Made by a program: the position numbers and the translations under genes
Shown here: piece by piece, positions 1 through 15,096 of the stretch
Position numbering within the stretch: position 1 is the stretch's first letter
Layout: every line of letters starts with the position of its first letter
NCBI GenBank assembly: GCA_000165425.1
Contig: CT868025.1
Coordinates: 62,001-126,000, forward strand
DNA length: 64,000 nucleotides
From: Paramecium tetraurelia
Lineage: Eukaryota
Direction: 5' to 3'
The notes under the pieces: model-generated
Seen by the model: only the letters and a program-made list of their open reading frames with translations
Told to the model about the DNA's origin: nothing
Databases searched by the model: none

Positions 1-301
1 AATTTTACATCAATTAGGAATTCCCAAACAAAAATGATGGAAACAATTGGGGAATGATTAAATTTAAATCTCTATTTCAGTCCATAGCAAAAAATGATTA
101 GTTTATATGATATAATTATCCTAAAAATTCACGTTAAACATTTAATTATTAAAACAACCACTTTATACCTAAAATAAACATTTAATTTAAATTTTGTTAC
201 TCAAATTCTCTGAATACTTTTCTTAATTGATATAAAACTGAATTGTAATTATCATAAGAAGCTAAGGAAACTATATTTCTAAAATGAACTTAATTAATGA
301 G

Positions 302-1847
302 ATGTTTTTAATAATAATTATTTAATATGTATTTACTAATACTATTCGTCATTTGTAATGCATTTCATCATAAAGGAAGTTTGCAAACAAATACTACTTT
401 AAACTTAGCGTTAAATTTTACTGATTAAGCTCCTAGTATTATAATTAAGTTTTTTTTGCCAATAGCTAGATAAAATTAATAAATTGTTGGTTGCTTTGTA
501 TCATTCGAAAATTTAACACTATATACCTTTGAATTAGATTAACTTTAGTTAAAAGTCAATTCTAATATAGATTACGATGTTCACAGCATATAATCAAATA
601 GTGACACATAATTAGTTCAATATCCTTACTATTCGATGATTTATTTACTTTGCTAATCCGATTAGAATATCATTATTGATTATGAATTAACATACCTAGA
701 AGATTATTTGAATCCATTTTGCATAAATAATTGTAAGGGTTATAATGATACACGGAATGGAAATAGTTCCTATTGTTTAAATAATTATTGTGAATGTTCA
801 CTAGATAAATTAGGAGAATTTTGTTAACTTGATTCATCATATTTAATAAATAGTAATTGGGTCCGAGTAAACTTAGATTCATATCAATGGAAATATTTCT
901 ATTATTAAATAAGAAATACTAATATTGAACTTCAGTCCAACCTTGATTAGAGTGACCAAAATATAAGTAAAAATAGTTTTATTAATAAAGTATATAGTTT
1001 AACTTTAAGACAACATCCGTGGATCTCGATTCCGAATAGAAAATTTAGTTACTTTTTAACTAATTGTTCATCATTATCTGATACCCTATAAGATTTAATT
1101 AGTGAAGAAACTACCGAAACTATATTATATATAGGATTATACAATAACAATAGCATTCAAGTTAAATTTAATTTAAGTGTTGTAACAACTTCGTCAGATG
1201 ATGATGATGAAGTTTAAAGAAATAAATTGATCCTTATTATAGTGGGATCGGTTGTTGGAGTCCTTTTATTATTGTCTTTTTTTTTAAGTATTTTCAATAA
1301 CTAAAGAATGAATTAAAATGCATAACATGAAGAAAATATTGAATAGAATTTAGAGATATAATAAATTGCATTTAAATCTCCTTCAGGTATTAGATAATTC
1401 TATTAAGGTTTTACTAAGCAGTTTATTAAGGATTATTTTGATCCCATTAATGTTTAAGAGGTAATGAAATCTTATCCTGGGCTTTCATAATTTGAAGATT
1501 GTGTGATTTGTCTAGAAACTTTAAAAAATGGCATTAGCTTAGAAATGAAGCTTTGTTCGGTTACTCCATGTTTTCATATATTTCATTTTTAATGTCTAAG
1601 TTCTTGGTTGCAGAAGTAGCGAAATTGTCCGTTCTGTCGAAATGAATTTAATAGAATCTAAATTTAAAATATATATCCATGGGTAGAATTGAATAAAGAA
1701 AAAAGAAAAAGTGAGTCAGAGTAAGAATCTTAATATCTACAACGATTGAAGCATAATTAAAACACAGATTTATCACAAGACATTCAATTGAATGACAGCT
1801 AGCAAGATTTTGTGCATGGAAAAAATAGACCAACAGTTGAAGGTTGA
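302..1847 (+). CDS. Type I membrane RING-H2 E3 ligase with an extracellular EGF-like domain
   Basis: Code 6 translation gives a hydrophobic N-terminus (MFLIIIIQYVF), an EGF-like CINNC..C..YCEC..GEFC at ~720-825, a TM helix LIILIIVGSVVGVLLLLSFFLSIF at ~1225-1295, and RING-H2 CVIC..CFHIFHFQCLSSWLQKQRNCPFC at 1500-1637. TGA at 1845-1847. The ATG 302 frame needs a frameshift or intron near 330-420 to join the main frame, so the start is uncertain. Confidence 0.8.
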
Positions 1848-2366
1848 AAATTAACTTATATCATGTTTTATTTTAATTAGGATTTGATGAATTATTAAGA
1901 TACTCAAATAGTGTTTATTTTAATTCTAAAAGTTGATATATATTTAAAAAATTAAAGATCTTTATCTTTCTGAGTTGAGATCAAAATATAAAGTGAAAAA
2001 ATCAACATAATTTATTAGAATTTTTTTTATTTAATATATTTTGTAATTTATTATAAAACCATCATTCAAATATGACAATCATCTTTTCAATTAAATTTCA
2101 TTCTCATTTGCAAATTATTAGATATTTCAAGAGCTTAGCATTTTAAGTAAGATTTCTTTAAGATTCATCTGAGATAATAATTATTCAATATTTTATATAT
2201 TTTTCTTAATCAAATTTCACAAAAATAACATTATATAAATGAATAAACGATGTGCTTGTATAGAATTTGCATTATTTTTTTATACTCTTAAGAAAGTGGA
2301 TTGAAGTATAATCCTTATAAAATAAAAATTATGAAATTATATTAATATTTTATTCTCTAAATTTAA

Positions 2367-5300
2367 TCAATCTTGTGGGGCCTCGATGGGTTATTAATCT
2401 GTAATGTTTGCTTTAAAGAACTCGTTGTCTACTTTTTGATTTCTAGCAGCCATAAGCTTAGCCAATTTAAGTTTCTTATAATAAAGGAGGGCGGCAATTA
2501 TCAATGAAACTCCGACAACAGAACAAACAACAGCTACAACGATGGTGACTGTTGCAGAACTATTTTCAGATCTCTTGATAGATTTCTAGATAGTTCCTGG
2601 ATTGGTAGAATTGTTATTTCCATTATTTGAGGTATCTTGTTGATTTACTCCTTCGTCAGTAACTAGTACAATATCATCGTCATTATTTGAGGAGTTACCA
2701 TTACCATTGTTATTGTTATTGTTATTATTGCCATTATTGTTATTGTTATTGTTATTACCACTATTGCTTCCTTATCCATTGTTATTGTTTGTATTGCCTC
2801 CTGGAACTAAAATGATTTCTAAAAGATATGAATTATAATATTACCTGATGTTTATTCAGTGCTCTTGAAATTAAGTTCTGAAATTGAAGAAATACTAGAG
2901 GATTCATGTTTGAGACCAACAACTCCTAATTGTTACAACTCTTCTGAAACTCCCAAGGATTCTAATTTGCTAGCCATTTCAGCAAGTCTTGATTAGGATT
3001 ATTTGCCATCAGTAGTACCAATATCAGCAGAATCTGCAATACCCCAATCAATAACAACCGATGAAGTTGTGGATTCGTCTAAAAATCTTCTTCTGTATTT
3101 CTTGGTTCCAATGATGAAATAGTTGTAAGGATCTCCTCCCAATTGTGCTCTTGCATATTATAGGAACTTATCTCCAAAGAATTCTGATGTTGTTATTTCA
3201 AGTCTTGTTGAAACTTAAAGAGTATTCTTCAATGCTATTCTAATCTTGCAATCCAATTTGCCTGTCAACACAAAATGAATAGTTCTATTTTCAAAGAAGT
3301 AATTATTGGCTCCACATTGATTAGTCATTGTCATGAGATCATGATGCTTATTATTAGTTGTAAGTCCAGGTTACACAACTTTATTATTGACCATGACTTA
3401 GATAATTTATGGAACAGAGAATTGCCATTTCAAGATGACCCAATCTTCTGGACTACCTGCCTCTGATCTCTTTGATAACCAATACTCAGAAGTGGTTGGG
3501 TTCATACCAGCATTTGTCATATTGATCACTGTATTCACTGACACTAAACTGACAAATTTGGATTCCCTCAAGTTTAATGGTTCAGGACCATCCCAATTCC
3601 ACTCTGCAAAACTGTTAATTTCATTAAAGAACAATCCGTCGGTCAATTTGATTGGTGAATACAATCTCTTGTTATAGTCTGCAGCAGTACTCATAAACAT
3701 CAAAATAGTAGCCTATCTGCCTGGACACCAATATCCATTCCAAGATTCTTGTCTTGAACAATAAGTGACATTTGGTCCAAAGTATGTGTTATTACCAATA
3801 CCTTGTCCGATTTATCCAAAGAAGTGGCCAGTTTAATCTTCTATCAAAAAGTTGATTTATCCTGTGCATAAAAATGATCCACACCCTCCAAACCATCCTA
3901 ATTTACCTGCATCTGGATTTCTAGATTTGTACAATAGAGCATTAAATTCACAATTAGTGCATGGAGAGTTTACTAAGTAATGTTGTCCTGTCATATCATG
4001 TGCAGCATGGTGTTATCTGAATGCAGCATTATTCTAGCATCTTGGGATGTTATCATAGGTTAATCTAAAGTTATGGAATTCAACATTTGTTAAGTAAACC
4101 TTGAGATCAACTCTTTAGACTGTACAAATTGTATCAAATGCTGAAGATGGTTTACCTGAAATAGGAGGGAAAGCTGATGAAGATAGAGAACCCATTTGAA
4201 TACCCATACTTCCCTAGCAGTTAGGATTAAGAGAAGCTGAATAGCATTTGACACAATCGGGTCTAGCCAAGGCTGAAATGAATATATTATTTAGCTTCAT
4301 CTTATTCTCTTATATGCTGTTAGGAGCAGGCTTCAAAGCTATTCCTCTGTCATTCTCCACCACAATTGATTTCTCAAGTTAAATCTATTCACTGACAACT
4401 GCATACATAATACCAACTTCACTGTGATGAGCGTATAATCCTTATATGTATGTGCACTTTCCTTCTGGGTCTTATCTGACACCAAAGCAAGCTAGTATTG
4501 TTCCTGAACAATGATTATTATAGAAGGATGATTAATATGCATCTGAACATTTACTTGCCATCACGAAGAAACCTGTATCTTATGATCCTTATCCGACATT
4601 TCCAGATACATCAACAATATCTCTTGTCATTTAAGTTGGTGATAATTCATCCATGTAAACAAAGTTACCAAATACTGCCCAATTAGCAAGGCCACCTTCG
4701 TTTAATATTCTCTTTTTAACATAGATCAATGCATTATTTTAGAATTTCACATATTAACTGTTATTAATCTAAACCAAAGCCTTGATACCAGTAAAGAATA
4801 TGTTATTCTTGATTGTAATGTATTAAGAATTTTAGATTGTCATCAACATACCTGTAGTATCATGGAATGAGCAACCAATAACTTCACTTGGAGTCTTAAT
4901 GATCTCACTATTAAGATTTCTAAAATCTAACCCACTTCTTTATGTATCATATTGACCACAATTGTTAAATTCTACACCATGTAAAACAGTGTATCCTCTT
5001 CTTGGGAATCCTAAATTAGCTTCAGGTTCTTCGAATTGATAAATCAAGACTCTACATCCTAAACCATGAACACTAGGTCCTCCTTCAATCTTAATCTTTC
5101 TAGTTAAATGTCCAACAACTGCTCTCATATCTAATTGTCCAATTCCAGGTTTATCAATAGTTACTGATGGAGCTCCATAGTGATCAAATTCAAGGGCTTG
5201 ATTTAATGTTATAACACATCCAGAAATGGCTGCTATTGATCTCTTTTCTCTTTATTCAGGGTCACTACCTGATGGACCAAATACTATTTCATCACCAACA

Positions 5301-8300
5301 GCCCAATCAGCACATTCAGCTACAGTAATAGTGGTTGCACCAGCATCAGCATATGCAGCTAATCTAGTCCATACTGTTCCAGGTGGCTTTGAGTATAATT
5401 CCATAGCTCTTGTGACAGCAAGTACTTTATTACCAACATCTAGATTAGCATCAATTACTAATGGATTATCTCCAAATTCTCCATTCAATACAATGTTAAT
5501 CTTTCCAGGGAATGGATTAGTTGAATTACCAGCCAATAATTTTCCTGATCTAACCCAGATTCTCTCTGCTTCCAATTTAGTTGATGCTCTTCTCTCATCA
5601 AAAATTAAAGATCCCAAAATAGTTAAATTAACAAGTTTAGGAGGATCTACATCCAAGATAACTTGATATGCTCCTTATACAATGGGACTATCTCCTTCAA
5701 CTGGTACTTTATTATCTATCCAAGTAGCAGGATCACTCCAATATCTATATCCATCTTCTTATGGTACATCTCCTAAACTATCGCATTCTTCTCTGCAAAT
5801 AACTCCTCTGACTTCAACATATTCATATTACTTCTTATTCTTACCAGACAAACAAAGGAAGAACAATTTGTTTGTTCTATCATTAAACCAATCACCTTAA
5901 TTACAAGTCTTAGTATTTGGAATCTATTCCAATTTTGTGTAATTTACTGGGAATTATCCTCCAATGTTTCTCATGATATCAAATGTTTCCCTATTGGCAG
6001 AGTAGTTAAATCTAAGAATAACAGCATCATCATTTTAATTGAAGTATGGAGATCCAAAGATACCCATGCTTAATGGATCACTTGCTCCAAATTTGAAATG
6101 GACATTATAAGTGAAACCAGTTGCAAATACACTTGCAAAAGAGAATTTAACGTCTTTACTCTTCTTTATAATTTTCATTGTTTCTCCTTCTATGTATTTG
6201 CTCTCGTCAATATTAGCATCCATTTTGAGTGCAATATTAGTACTGTCCAATCTATATAATTTCATATCAACTCCTGAGAAATCTTAATCTGGGGTAGGAT
6301 TATTAACCAAAACATCTCTTATTGTGACTTAATTCATAGCACAAATGATAGAATTATCCCAAAAATCTTCTGGATGGTTAACACATCCTGGAATTCCATC
6401 AATATGCTTCTTATATGGGATAATATAGGCACCTCCTGACACTCCTGAAATTGAACCATCTTAATCCCAGAAGATTTCTCTTCTATGTTTCTACCAAAAG
6501 ATACGATTAGCTGTATCAGAATGATATGCTTTGACATTAAAGAATTAGGTATTCTTACCTCCCTATACCCATAATTTCATATTCCAACATACAGAGCATG
6601 ATTCAATTAAAGCAGGTATTACTTCCATAATTATAAATTCTGATATTTTTAGCTAAAAATCCATTTGTTCTTGGAACTACCATTGCTCTTGATCCATCAT
6701 AGTAAGTATCATCTGGATTTGCATTATGATTTGATTTACCAATGATTACTGCATTATCCAAGACTGCTCCTTCAGTTGAGAAGTTACCTTTATGAGCCTA
6801 GAAACCTGCAAATTTGGAATCAGCAATCATAATGTCCTTGAAGTAGATGTTACCCAATTCTTCTCCTAAAACACCACATTCATTATTTTTCCATGTATAG
6901 AATTTTTCGAAAACTGCTTAAATACTTGGGTTATCTAAGTATGGCTAATCATTTGACCAATTAGCTGGATCGTTACAAGGGAACTTTCTTGGGGCCAATT
7001 AGAAGATACGAAGACCAAATCTACCATTTGAATGTGAAAAATTGTCCTTAAACTCAAGTATATTTAATCCTGGAGGACAAATATCTGAAGTAGCTGATGG
7101 ACCATCTGGATTGGTTTTAATTTCATACCAAAATCCATACCATTCTGAACCTCCTGATCTATTTCTTCTTACAATATTCTATGGATTTGTAACCCAAAAA
7201 GTAGCCACTGTAATATCAGTTTATAACATGATCCAACTTTATTTGGTGCTTGCAACAAGATTATCTTCAACGACATTGTTTGTTTCAATACCATCTTCAA
7301 AGAATATGGCATGTCCAAAAGTATTATAGCATACATTCTTCTAAACTTTCAAATAATGAACACCATGAATAGTCAAACAACGAGCATAACAATCATGAAT
7401 AGCATTACCAACAACATATGATTCATCTACTTCTCCATTCAAGTGGAAATGAACTGGATATCTACCAATAATTCTTGGTTAACCACCATATCTGAATTCT
7501 GCATATGATATTTTACCAACGGCTCCTTTCTCAGCTCTTCCATGAATCATCAAATGATAACCATATTTCAATTCTGATTATTCACCTTGAATAACAATAT
7601 TTCTAGTCAATAAACCAACTTCAACTTTCATAGGGAATGAATCGGTTTCAAAAGTTTCAACATCTGAATAATGTTGATAAGTAAGTGGTTAATCAAGAGT
7701 TAAAGTCTTTTTATCAGCACTAACTGCTGTAATGTATCTTTTTTCACTTTGCATGTGTTCAACTTCACTGGAAGTAATAACAATTTATTCTCCAACTTAC
7801 CAGTCTACTGCATCATCTACTGTAATTTGAGTTGCTCCAACTGATGCTGTACTTGATAATAATGTCCAAGTTGGAGTTCTTTCTTTACCATGAATAGTTA
7901 ATTAACATTGATGGCATCCCAAAACTTTGTTACCCATAGCAGGCATTTAAGTATCTTCTTCAACTCCATATAGGGTAATCTATACATTGTGTTAATGAGC
8001 CACTAATTCTGTTCCTATATTGAATTTTCCTTCTCTAATAACAATAAAATGAGCATCCAAAGATGTATCTACTTCATCAGAGAATGTAAGTGTTCCTTCA
8101 ACTAAGACTTGCATCATCTTAGGAGTTTTAACATCAACAATCAAAGTTTATCCAGCATTAACAATAACTGAATCTCCATCTCCTGGATATTCATATCCAC
8201 CCCCAAGTATTGATATCTGACCATTTGGTTGCATAAATGAATTATTTGTTATTAACTGCTAAATTTCCATTAACTCTAACTTAAAATACTCCATTTAATT

Positions 8301-11300
8301 GAGTTTATTCTAGATCTTTGACTCCAGTTTTACAGACAATTTAGGTTGTTGAAACACTCTAAATTGCACATGTGACTCCATCTATAGTTACTGTAGTTTA
8401 TCCATTTACAAATCCAGTACCAGTAATTGTAATAACTGCTTCTTCTGTAAATCTGCCTGTAGCTGGACTGACAGCATTAACAATAGGAACACTAGATGAG
8501 GAGTAACTAACAGCATTTGATACTGTACCAAGAGATTATCCATTTACTGAGATTTCTGCATTACATGAAGTTGGAACTGAATATGCATTATTACTATTTG
8601 ACAATATCCAACCTTTCAATTCAATTTCAGCTAATTAGCATGATGATCCAGTTGATCCTCTTGAATCAAACAATCTGACTGCTTTGATTCCTGAGATATC
8701 AGTTTAAGGAACATAAATGTTCCAACCTGTATGCACTGTTTAATCAACAGTTAACAAAGTCTACCAATTAGTGCCATCAGTTGTATATTAGAATACTGCA
8801 TCTTTCAATAAAATTGCTTATTTGTCAATTCTTGGCATGTATCTTAATTAATGTAATTTCAAAACTCTACTTGATCCAAAGTCAACTTAGACATAACAAT
8901 TTGAAGCAGCACTAGAAGTATAATAAGTTGATTAGAGTAAATCAAAGAATTTAGAAACTGAGGTTGTTGAATCAGCTAATAATGTGACTTCTGATGGTTT
9001 AATATATCTTGCAGGTTCTGATAAAGCAGTATATTAACTTAAAACTGAAGATGTCAATAATTTTGGAGTTTCACATGATAGTGTTGTGTATGTTGCACTT
9101 GTAATTGGGCAATCAAATCCACACAGTTTGACTGAATTTTATTCATTTACTGTATCGAAACCAGTTCCTGTAAATGTAACAGTAGCACCACCAGCATAGG
9201 ATACTTATGGATTAGTAGAAGTTGGTGCAGCAGCACTAACAATTAATTTTTATTTAGTAACATCACTGATGTATGCATATTTATTATCAACTAACAAATT
9301 AATTGAATAAACTCCTGCAGCTAAATTTGAAAAGGTAGTTGTTACTGAGGTATCAGATAAAGCTGAAGATGTTCCAGCTATCTTATGACCCATATGTTCT
9401 AATGTGACTACAATTGTAGTGCCAGTAAGTCTGCTACCAGCAAATACAAGAACAACATTTCCTGCTGTAGCTAAGTAAGCCTTTTGGGTAGAGTCATAGG
9501 AGGCACCAGTAATTGCTGTGAATAATGGAGAGCTAGTAGATGGGCTTATAGTCAAAGTAAATGTTGCTGTAATAGGAACTGCTGAATTATTTTCAGAAGG
9601 TAATTGTGAGAGTGTCACTGCTGCAGATGTGGCTGATTGTCTAGCCAGTCTACATTTAATTTAAACAGTTGAGACTACTTATAGTTCAGTACAGTCTGTT
9701 GTTCCTACTTTTACACTTGCAGATTAATCCGCATTAAATCCAACTCCGTTAATTGTCAATACTTATCCACCAATAACAGCAGTATCAATAGATGTGATTT
9801 TTAGTCCAATTACAGTAACCCAAATCTTATCTGCATAACCATTCTTAGTTAAAACATAAGTTTTAAATTATCCTTAAGGTAAATTTGGAATTGTGTAAGT
9901 GAATGATGATCCAGAAATTGTTGCAGTTACTTTTTAGGTAACTGGACCTTTGAAAACAATAAAAACTGTATCTGTTAATCCTGTTCCAGATAATGTTTCT
10001 GTATCTCCTGGGGCATAGGTCTTTTATTAACTTAAAACTAAATCAGCAGATGATAACATATCTCTTCTTGGTGATTTACCAAGGTTCAAAATATGATTGT
10101 GGCCTTATTTCTTTGATTCCTCTGTCCATAAAAATCTCTTTCTCTAGACTAATTTTTAATAATCTGGTTTTTAATGATCAGACTCTGTCAAAATTCTTGA
10201 TCCTGTGTATTAAGTGCTGGATGCTGGATAGTTTTCAATTGTTGGAGTTAATGTATTATCATAAGTAAATAAGCAATTATTTGTGGTATCAAGACATGTT
10301 GATTCAAGAGTTACTTGTACTGTTACAACAACTAACTAAGCTTATTAGTTATAGTATTCAAATTTTGGTGGAACGGTGCAATAAATGACTTCAGATGTAA
10401 ATCTAGTTTCATCAATTTCACAGAACCAATTAATAGCCTGACCAACAAATACAATGGTTTCTCCCAAAACAAAGTTGGATCCTGTTATTTTAATAACTGT
10501 TCCTCCTGCCTCTGATCCTTTTGCTTAGCTAGTACCATCTTCCAAGGTAACACTAGTGACTGGAATGATGTATTTAAATAAGTTATCATTCGAATTGGCA
10601 TATGAATTACCATAATTTTTTCTAGTAATAGTAACTCTATAGTCACCAGGCATTCCTCCTCTTAAATATACTTGAATTGAAGTATCTGTTACAGAAATAA
10701 CTTTAGCATTATAAGATTTAGATCCAACTAAGGTAACTTTGATATCATCAACAACAGTTCCGAAATTGGTTCCTGTGATTGTCATTTCACCTTTGAATAC
10801 TGGAGTTTTTGAATTGAATTCTAAGGATTACACTTAGATTCTTAAAGCATCATCGTATGAAAATAAGCTACTAGTGACTGTTTTTTCATTGAATGATAAG
10901 GAAATTGCTCCAGTTCCCCCACTTGCTTTCTTTGGTGTAACAAAAATAATCTAGGTATTAGTAATTGATAATGGATGAACATCTTAGCCATCAATTTAGA
11001 ATGTAAAATCTCTATTTAGATTTTTAGGGAATCCAGTACCAGTAATAGTAATAGTTGTGCCTCCATCTGGTGATCCTGTTGCTGGTAAAATTGAAGATAT
11101 AACCAAACCAATATTTTCTCCAGTTACTCCTGCTTCAATTTTAGAGAAACCAATTGCTTTATGATGTACAGCTGGCACTTAATTATCACCAGCTTCCTTA
11201 ATGTTTTATGAATTCAATTATTCTAAAGTACAAGTGATTGAGTAAGGTGATGTGAAGGTGGAGAATTGAATATTTGTGCAATCAGCTCCTTCAAATGAAA

Positions 11301-13881
11301 TATCTAAGTCTGTCTTAGTTATTGATAAACCAGCTCCTTGTGCTAGAGTTAATGATAATTGAGATCCGGTTACAGAGTAAGCCGTTAAGCTTTGGTGTCT
11401 TTTCATCACTTAAAGTGAAATCACATGCGTCAAATTATTCGCAACCAGCTAAAATTTATTCTGTTTCTACAACATTATTTACTTTTTATTGATATTCAAC
11501 TTCAACTTAAACTTAAGGATGTTAACTATAAGTAAAGAGTAATTTCATTGGGTATAGGTTCAAATAATAAATTAGTACTATCTGGTATGGGTTTAGTAAC
11601 AGCAGCAGTTACATCTCCATTTCCTGAAACAAGAACATGGGTTGAAACTGAAAAGTCAGTTAATTAATCGACGTTAGATCTTAAAACAATGAACCATTTC
11701 CATCCATCTTATGCTCTTCCAACTGTCCAAACAAATGGTCTTTCTCCAGTAATTCTTTCAACATTATCAGCAATTAATGATGTTGATGCATCAAAAGGTA
11801 AATCATAAACATTAGCAGACACTTAGAATAAATTGTCAATTCCATTAATAGTCATTGTTAATTAGAATGTTCCACTGATTGGATCAAGTGGTTCTTGAGT
11901 TCTTACAATATCTTTAACAGGAGTTCCTCCATTTAAAGAGGGTGATACAAACGTTGGAAGTGCTCTATAATTAGTAGAACCTCTATGAGAATCAAATGTA
12001 ATTGTATATTTATATCCAGCAAATGTTGTGGCAGCATCATCTAAAGCAGCTCCAGTATTATCTAACTTAGTAGCTATAACAGTTACTAAATAACCTGCTC
12101 CACAATTTTAGATTGCATTTTTAATAGCATTTGCATTGGCATTTGGTACAATATCTCCAGTAGTGTATGAGTAATATAAAGTAGTTTGTGGTTTAGTCTT
12201 AGTACCATAAGTGAATTAAAGTTAATACTTACCTGCTAATAAAGTATTTCCAACAGAATTATATAAAGTGATTTCAATCACTTCTTTAACTGGTGTGTAA
12301 GATGTTGAAATTTAATAGACACTATTTAATGAGTTCGATTTTCTAGTGGCACTCTCAACTTCCATAGAAAGTGTAAGATATCCAGTTGATCCTCCATTAA
12401 GATGATAAGCTTCAATATAATAAAATTCTCCTTATTATAAAGCAACAGTTTCAGATATAGATTTGATGTTATAGGAATAAGTCAAATATTCATACCAATA
12501 GTTTCTATAAGGATTCCATCCACTTGCAGCTGTTGCTGTATCTGGTCTAATTGGTTATTTAACTTAAGTTGTTTAAATAAAGAATTAAGCACAGTCATCT
12601 GAAGCAACATAGAATCTATAATTTCCAGTAAATGGTGCTTTTAAGAAACCTCTAAAGTATTATCCATAATATTCTCCAAATTAATTTTAGACATCAGGTT
12701 CTGGATAAATACCATCAAATTAAATTCTACTGTTTAATTAAGCTTTGTTAGTAATGATTTATGTTCTAAATGAAGCACAATTCAAATTTAATCCAGAAAC
12801 ATCCCATCTGGTATAATGTAATCCACTTCCTTAGATGAAAACAGAACTCTCAGTAGCATCAGCAAGAGCTGGTAAATTAGTTAGTTTTGGTATTTTGGCT
12901 TTGATTGTAGTTGGAGTTGATGATAACACTTAAATAGTTTCAGATTAGCCTGAAATTTTAACTGTGTTCTCAGATGGAATTGGACTAAATCCATATCCAG
13001 ATATTTCGATAATTTATCCTTCTGGTGATGCGAAATTTGTATTAATCTCTGTAATAATTGGAAGAACTCTGAAAAATATTAATTATATAAATACTTTGAG
13101 TCGTATGTTCTGTCAGATTAAACTCTTTTTTATTTAACTCCTACGTCATTAGTTTGATATCCACTTTATGATTTAATAGTATAATCATAGTAACCAGCTT
13201 TGATTTCAGCTGAAACTTAGCATACAACTTGATCATCCCAGAAATTGATCTCATCTGGATACTGATCTTGAACTGTGAATCTGTCACATCTGTTAGCTCC
13301 CATGAATTGTCCCTCTAGTAATTAAACAACTGAGCTAGATACTGCCCACTGGGCTCTCCAATAACTTAATGTTCTTGGATAATTTGATCTTGGAGTCACA
13401 TAAAATAATTTTGGTGTATAGTATTAAGAGTAAGTATAAAGGCATTTTGAAGCACATATTGAGTCTGGTTTATCCAATACCTTAACAACTATTTATAAGC
13501 TAGATAAGTTATTGTCATCTGGATCAGGCTTTGTTGTTTTGCAGTTCATAAACAATCCATTTACTCCCTTATCGGAGATTATGCATGGGTATTTACCAAT
13601 ATATACTGCATTATTGCTAGCAGTCTGATCTAATCCTTGAACCTAGTGGAATATTTTTTTTTCTTACTTTCATATAAATTGTTGTTCCTCCCATTACAGA
13701 ACCTTAAAGGCTCGAATTTTCTTATCCTAAAACAGTTGAGGCAGCTAAAATCACGATTGAATCAGAAGTTGAATCTGTTGAAGAATCCATCATCATGGCT
13801 ACATTAATATTTGATTTGATTACCATCAACATTATTGCTAAGTAGCAAAAGTAACATATTCGTAAAAGCAATGATAAACAT
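2367..13881 (-). CDS. Giant fibrocystin-L/PKHD1L1-like type I membrane protein, copy A (signal peptide, IPT/TIG repeats, PA14-like, discoidin-like, 2x G8, PbH1 beta-helix, Asn-rich linker, TM)
   Basis: Starts MFIIAFTNMLLLLL. Contains IPT motifs (GSPDGGTTITITGTGF), PA14-like YFRGFLKAPFTGNYRFYVASDD, G8 motifs (PKLVNLTILGSLIF, VGNKVLAV) and GRYPVHFH, then TM VTIVVAVVCSVVGVSLIIAALLYY and TGA at 2367-2369. Tiny introns lie near 13800-13825, 13645-13670, 13069-13094 and 2820-2845. Several apparent +1 insertions interrupt the frame. Confidence 0.9.
2690..2792 (-). repeat. AAT/AAC trinucleotide low-complexity tract encoding an Asn/Gly-rich juxtamembrane linker
   Basis: (ttg/tta)n runs on the + strand, in frame within copy A. 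The counterpart in copy B (~49140-49260) is Asn/Gly/Ser-rich but not alignable. Confidence 0.85.
4440..13432 (-). repeat. Left arm of a ~9-kb near-identical inverted repeat (partner 38515-47520)
   Basis: The reverse complement matches 38515-47520 almost base for base in every block compared by eye. The ORF track shows twin peptides, e.g. 4940-5128(-) equals 46827-47015(+), and 5226-5666 matches 46289-46729. Confidence 0.95.
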
Positions 13882-13922
13882 GTTAATGTTTTATAAAAAA
13901 TAATGATCTTCTACAAAACTTT

Positions 13923-13950
13923 AGAGCACTTTAATACCCCTTAATATCTA
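13923..13950 (-). promoter_or_regulatory. Candidate proximal promoter element shared by both fibrocystin-like genes
   Basis: The reverse complement TAGATATTAAGGGGTATTAAAGTGCTCT ends 41 nt before the ATG. It resembles TAGATATTTTCTGGGGGTAATAAAGGCTCT at 37980-38009, although the surrounding upstream DNA does not align. Confidence 0.5.
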
Positions 13951-15096
13951 GATTAATCTCAGTTTTAATTTATAACATACCCTAATAATTTACTGTATCT
14001 TGTCGATATATTAGGAGGAAAACAAGATTAATTGCTTATAACAGCGATTTTCTCCTTATTAGAGTTGACTTGATACTATTACAAAATTTTTAAGAAACAT
14101 AATTTAGCCCTTTTTCAATATTTGTGTCTAAAACCTTTTTTTTCTTTTTTATTAGGTTTACTAGCATACAGATGATAATCAAAGCCTGATTTAAGCAATT
14201 AAAAAAAGGAAGAGCATGGAAAAATAGTATGAGATTAATTGGAAATGTGGTGAATTTCTTATCAGAAAAATCATGTTAAATACAGCTACACATTTATATG
14301 ACTCATAGTATTTGTGCTCTTTCACTAATGAAATAAGCTAAGAAATTTCTGGAATAATAAAAGTATATAATGTAAACAAAATTCTTCATTTTTTTCCATT
14401 TTTAGGCTGAATAAATTTAGTCAGCTTCTCTGCAGTAAGAATAGGTGTTCAACCCGTTTTTCAAGTTATGAATGATTTGGAAATTTTTTTTTGTTATTTA
14501 CTAATCATATACAATTAATCAAATTTCTTTTAATGAACGAATGGAAAATGCAGCACCTGATGAAGATTAGAACTTTTGGGTTAATCAAGGTAGCTTTTAA
14601 TACTTAAGGATTTAAGGTTTAAAATTGATTATTGATATGATGAAATGATACTTTGAATATTTTAGCTATTATTGCTAGTTAAAATTTAATATATAGTAAA
14701 GAGATTTGAAACCATAATATAGTCTCATTTGTGATGATATATTAGGAATACTTAAATAAATACTAAATATTTATTAGAAGTTGATATTAGAAGGAATATC
14801 TTATTTCTCAAGTTAGATATATAAATATCATATTATTAATAAAGCTTAGATACATTTTTAGTGTTATAATTTTTCTCCCTTCAAATGGTCACCAGGAGCA
14901 CTAAAATTGGTTATCCTCAACATTTGCAAACCGATTCCCCATTTTTATCGATTATATTAAAAAGTAATTTTGAATTAATTTATTTTAATAAATAAAATCT
15001 TAGACATATATATCAACAACCTTTTCTTAATAAAGAATGAATATAATTATACAATAGTTCCTTTAATTTAAATAAATATTGTAAACAATATATTTT

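Noticed and set aside
5226..5666. Long antisense ORFs (146 aa here, also 46289-46729 and 26471-26815)
   Set aside because: These are shadows of real genes on the other strand, with no independent protein features.
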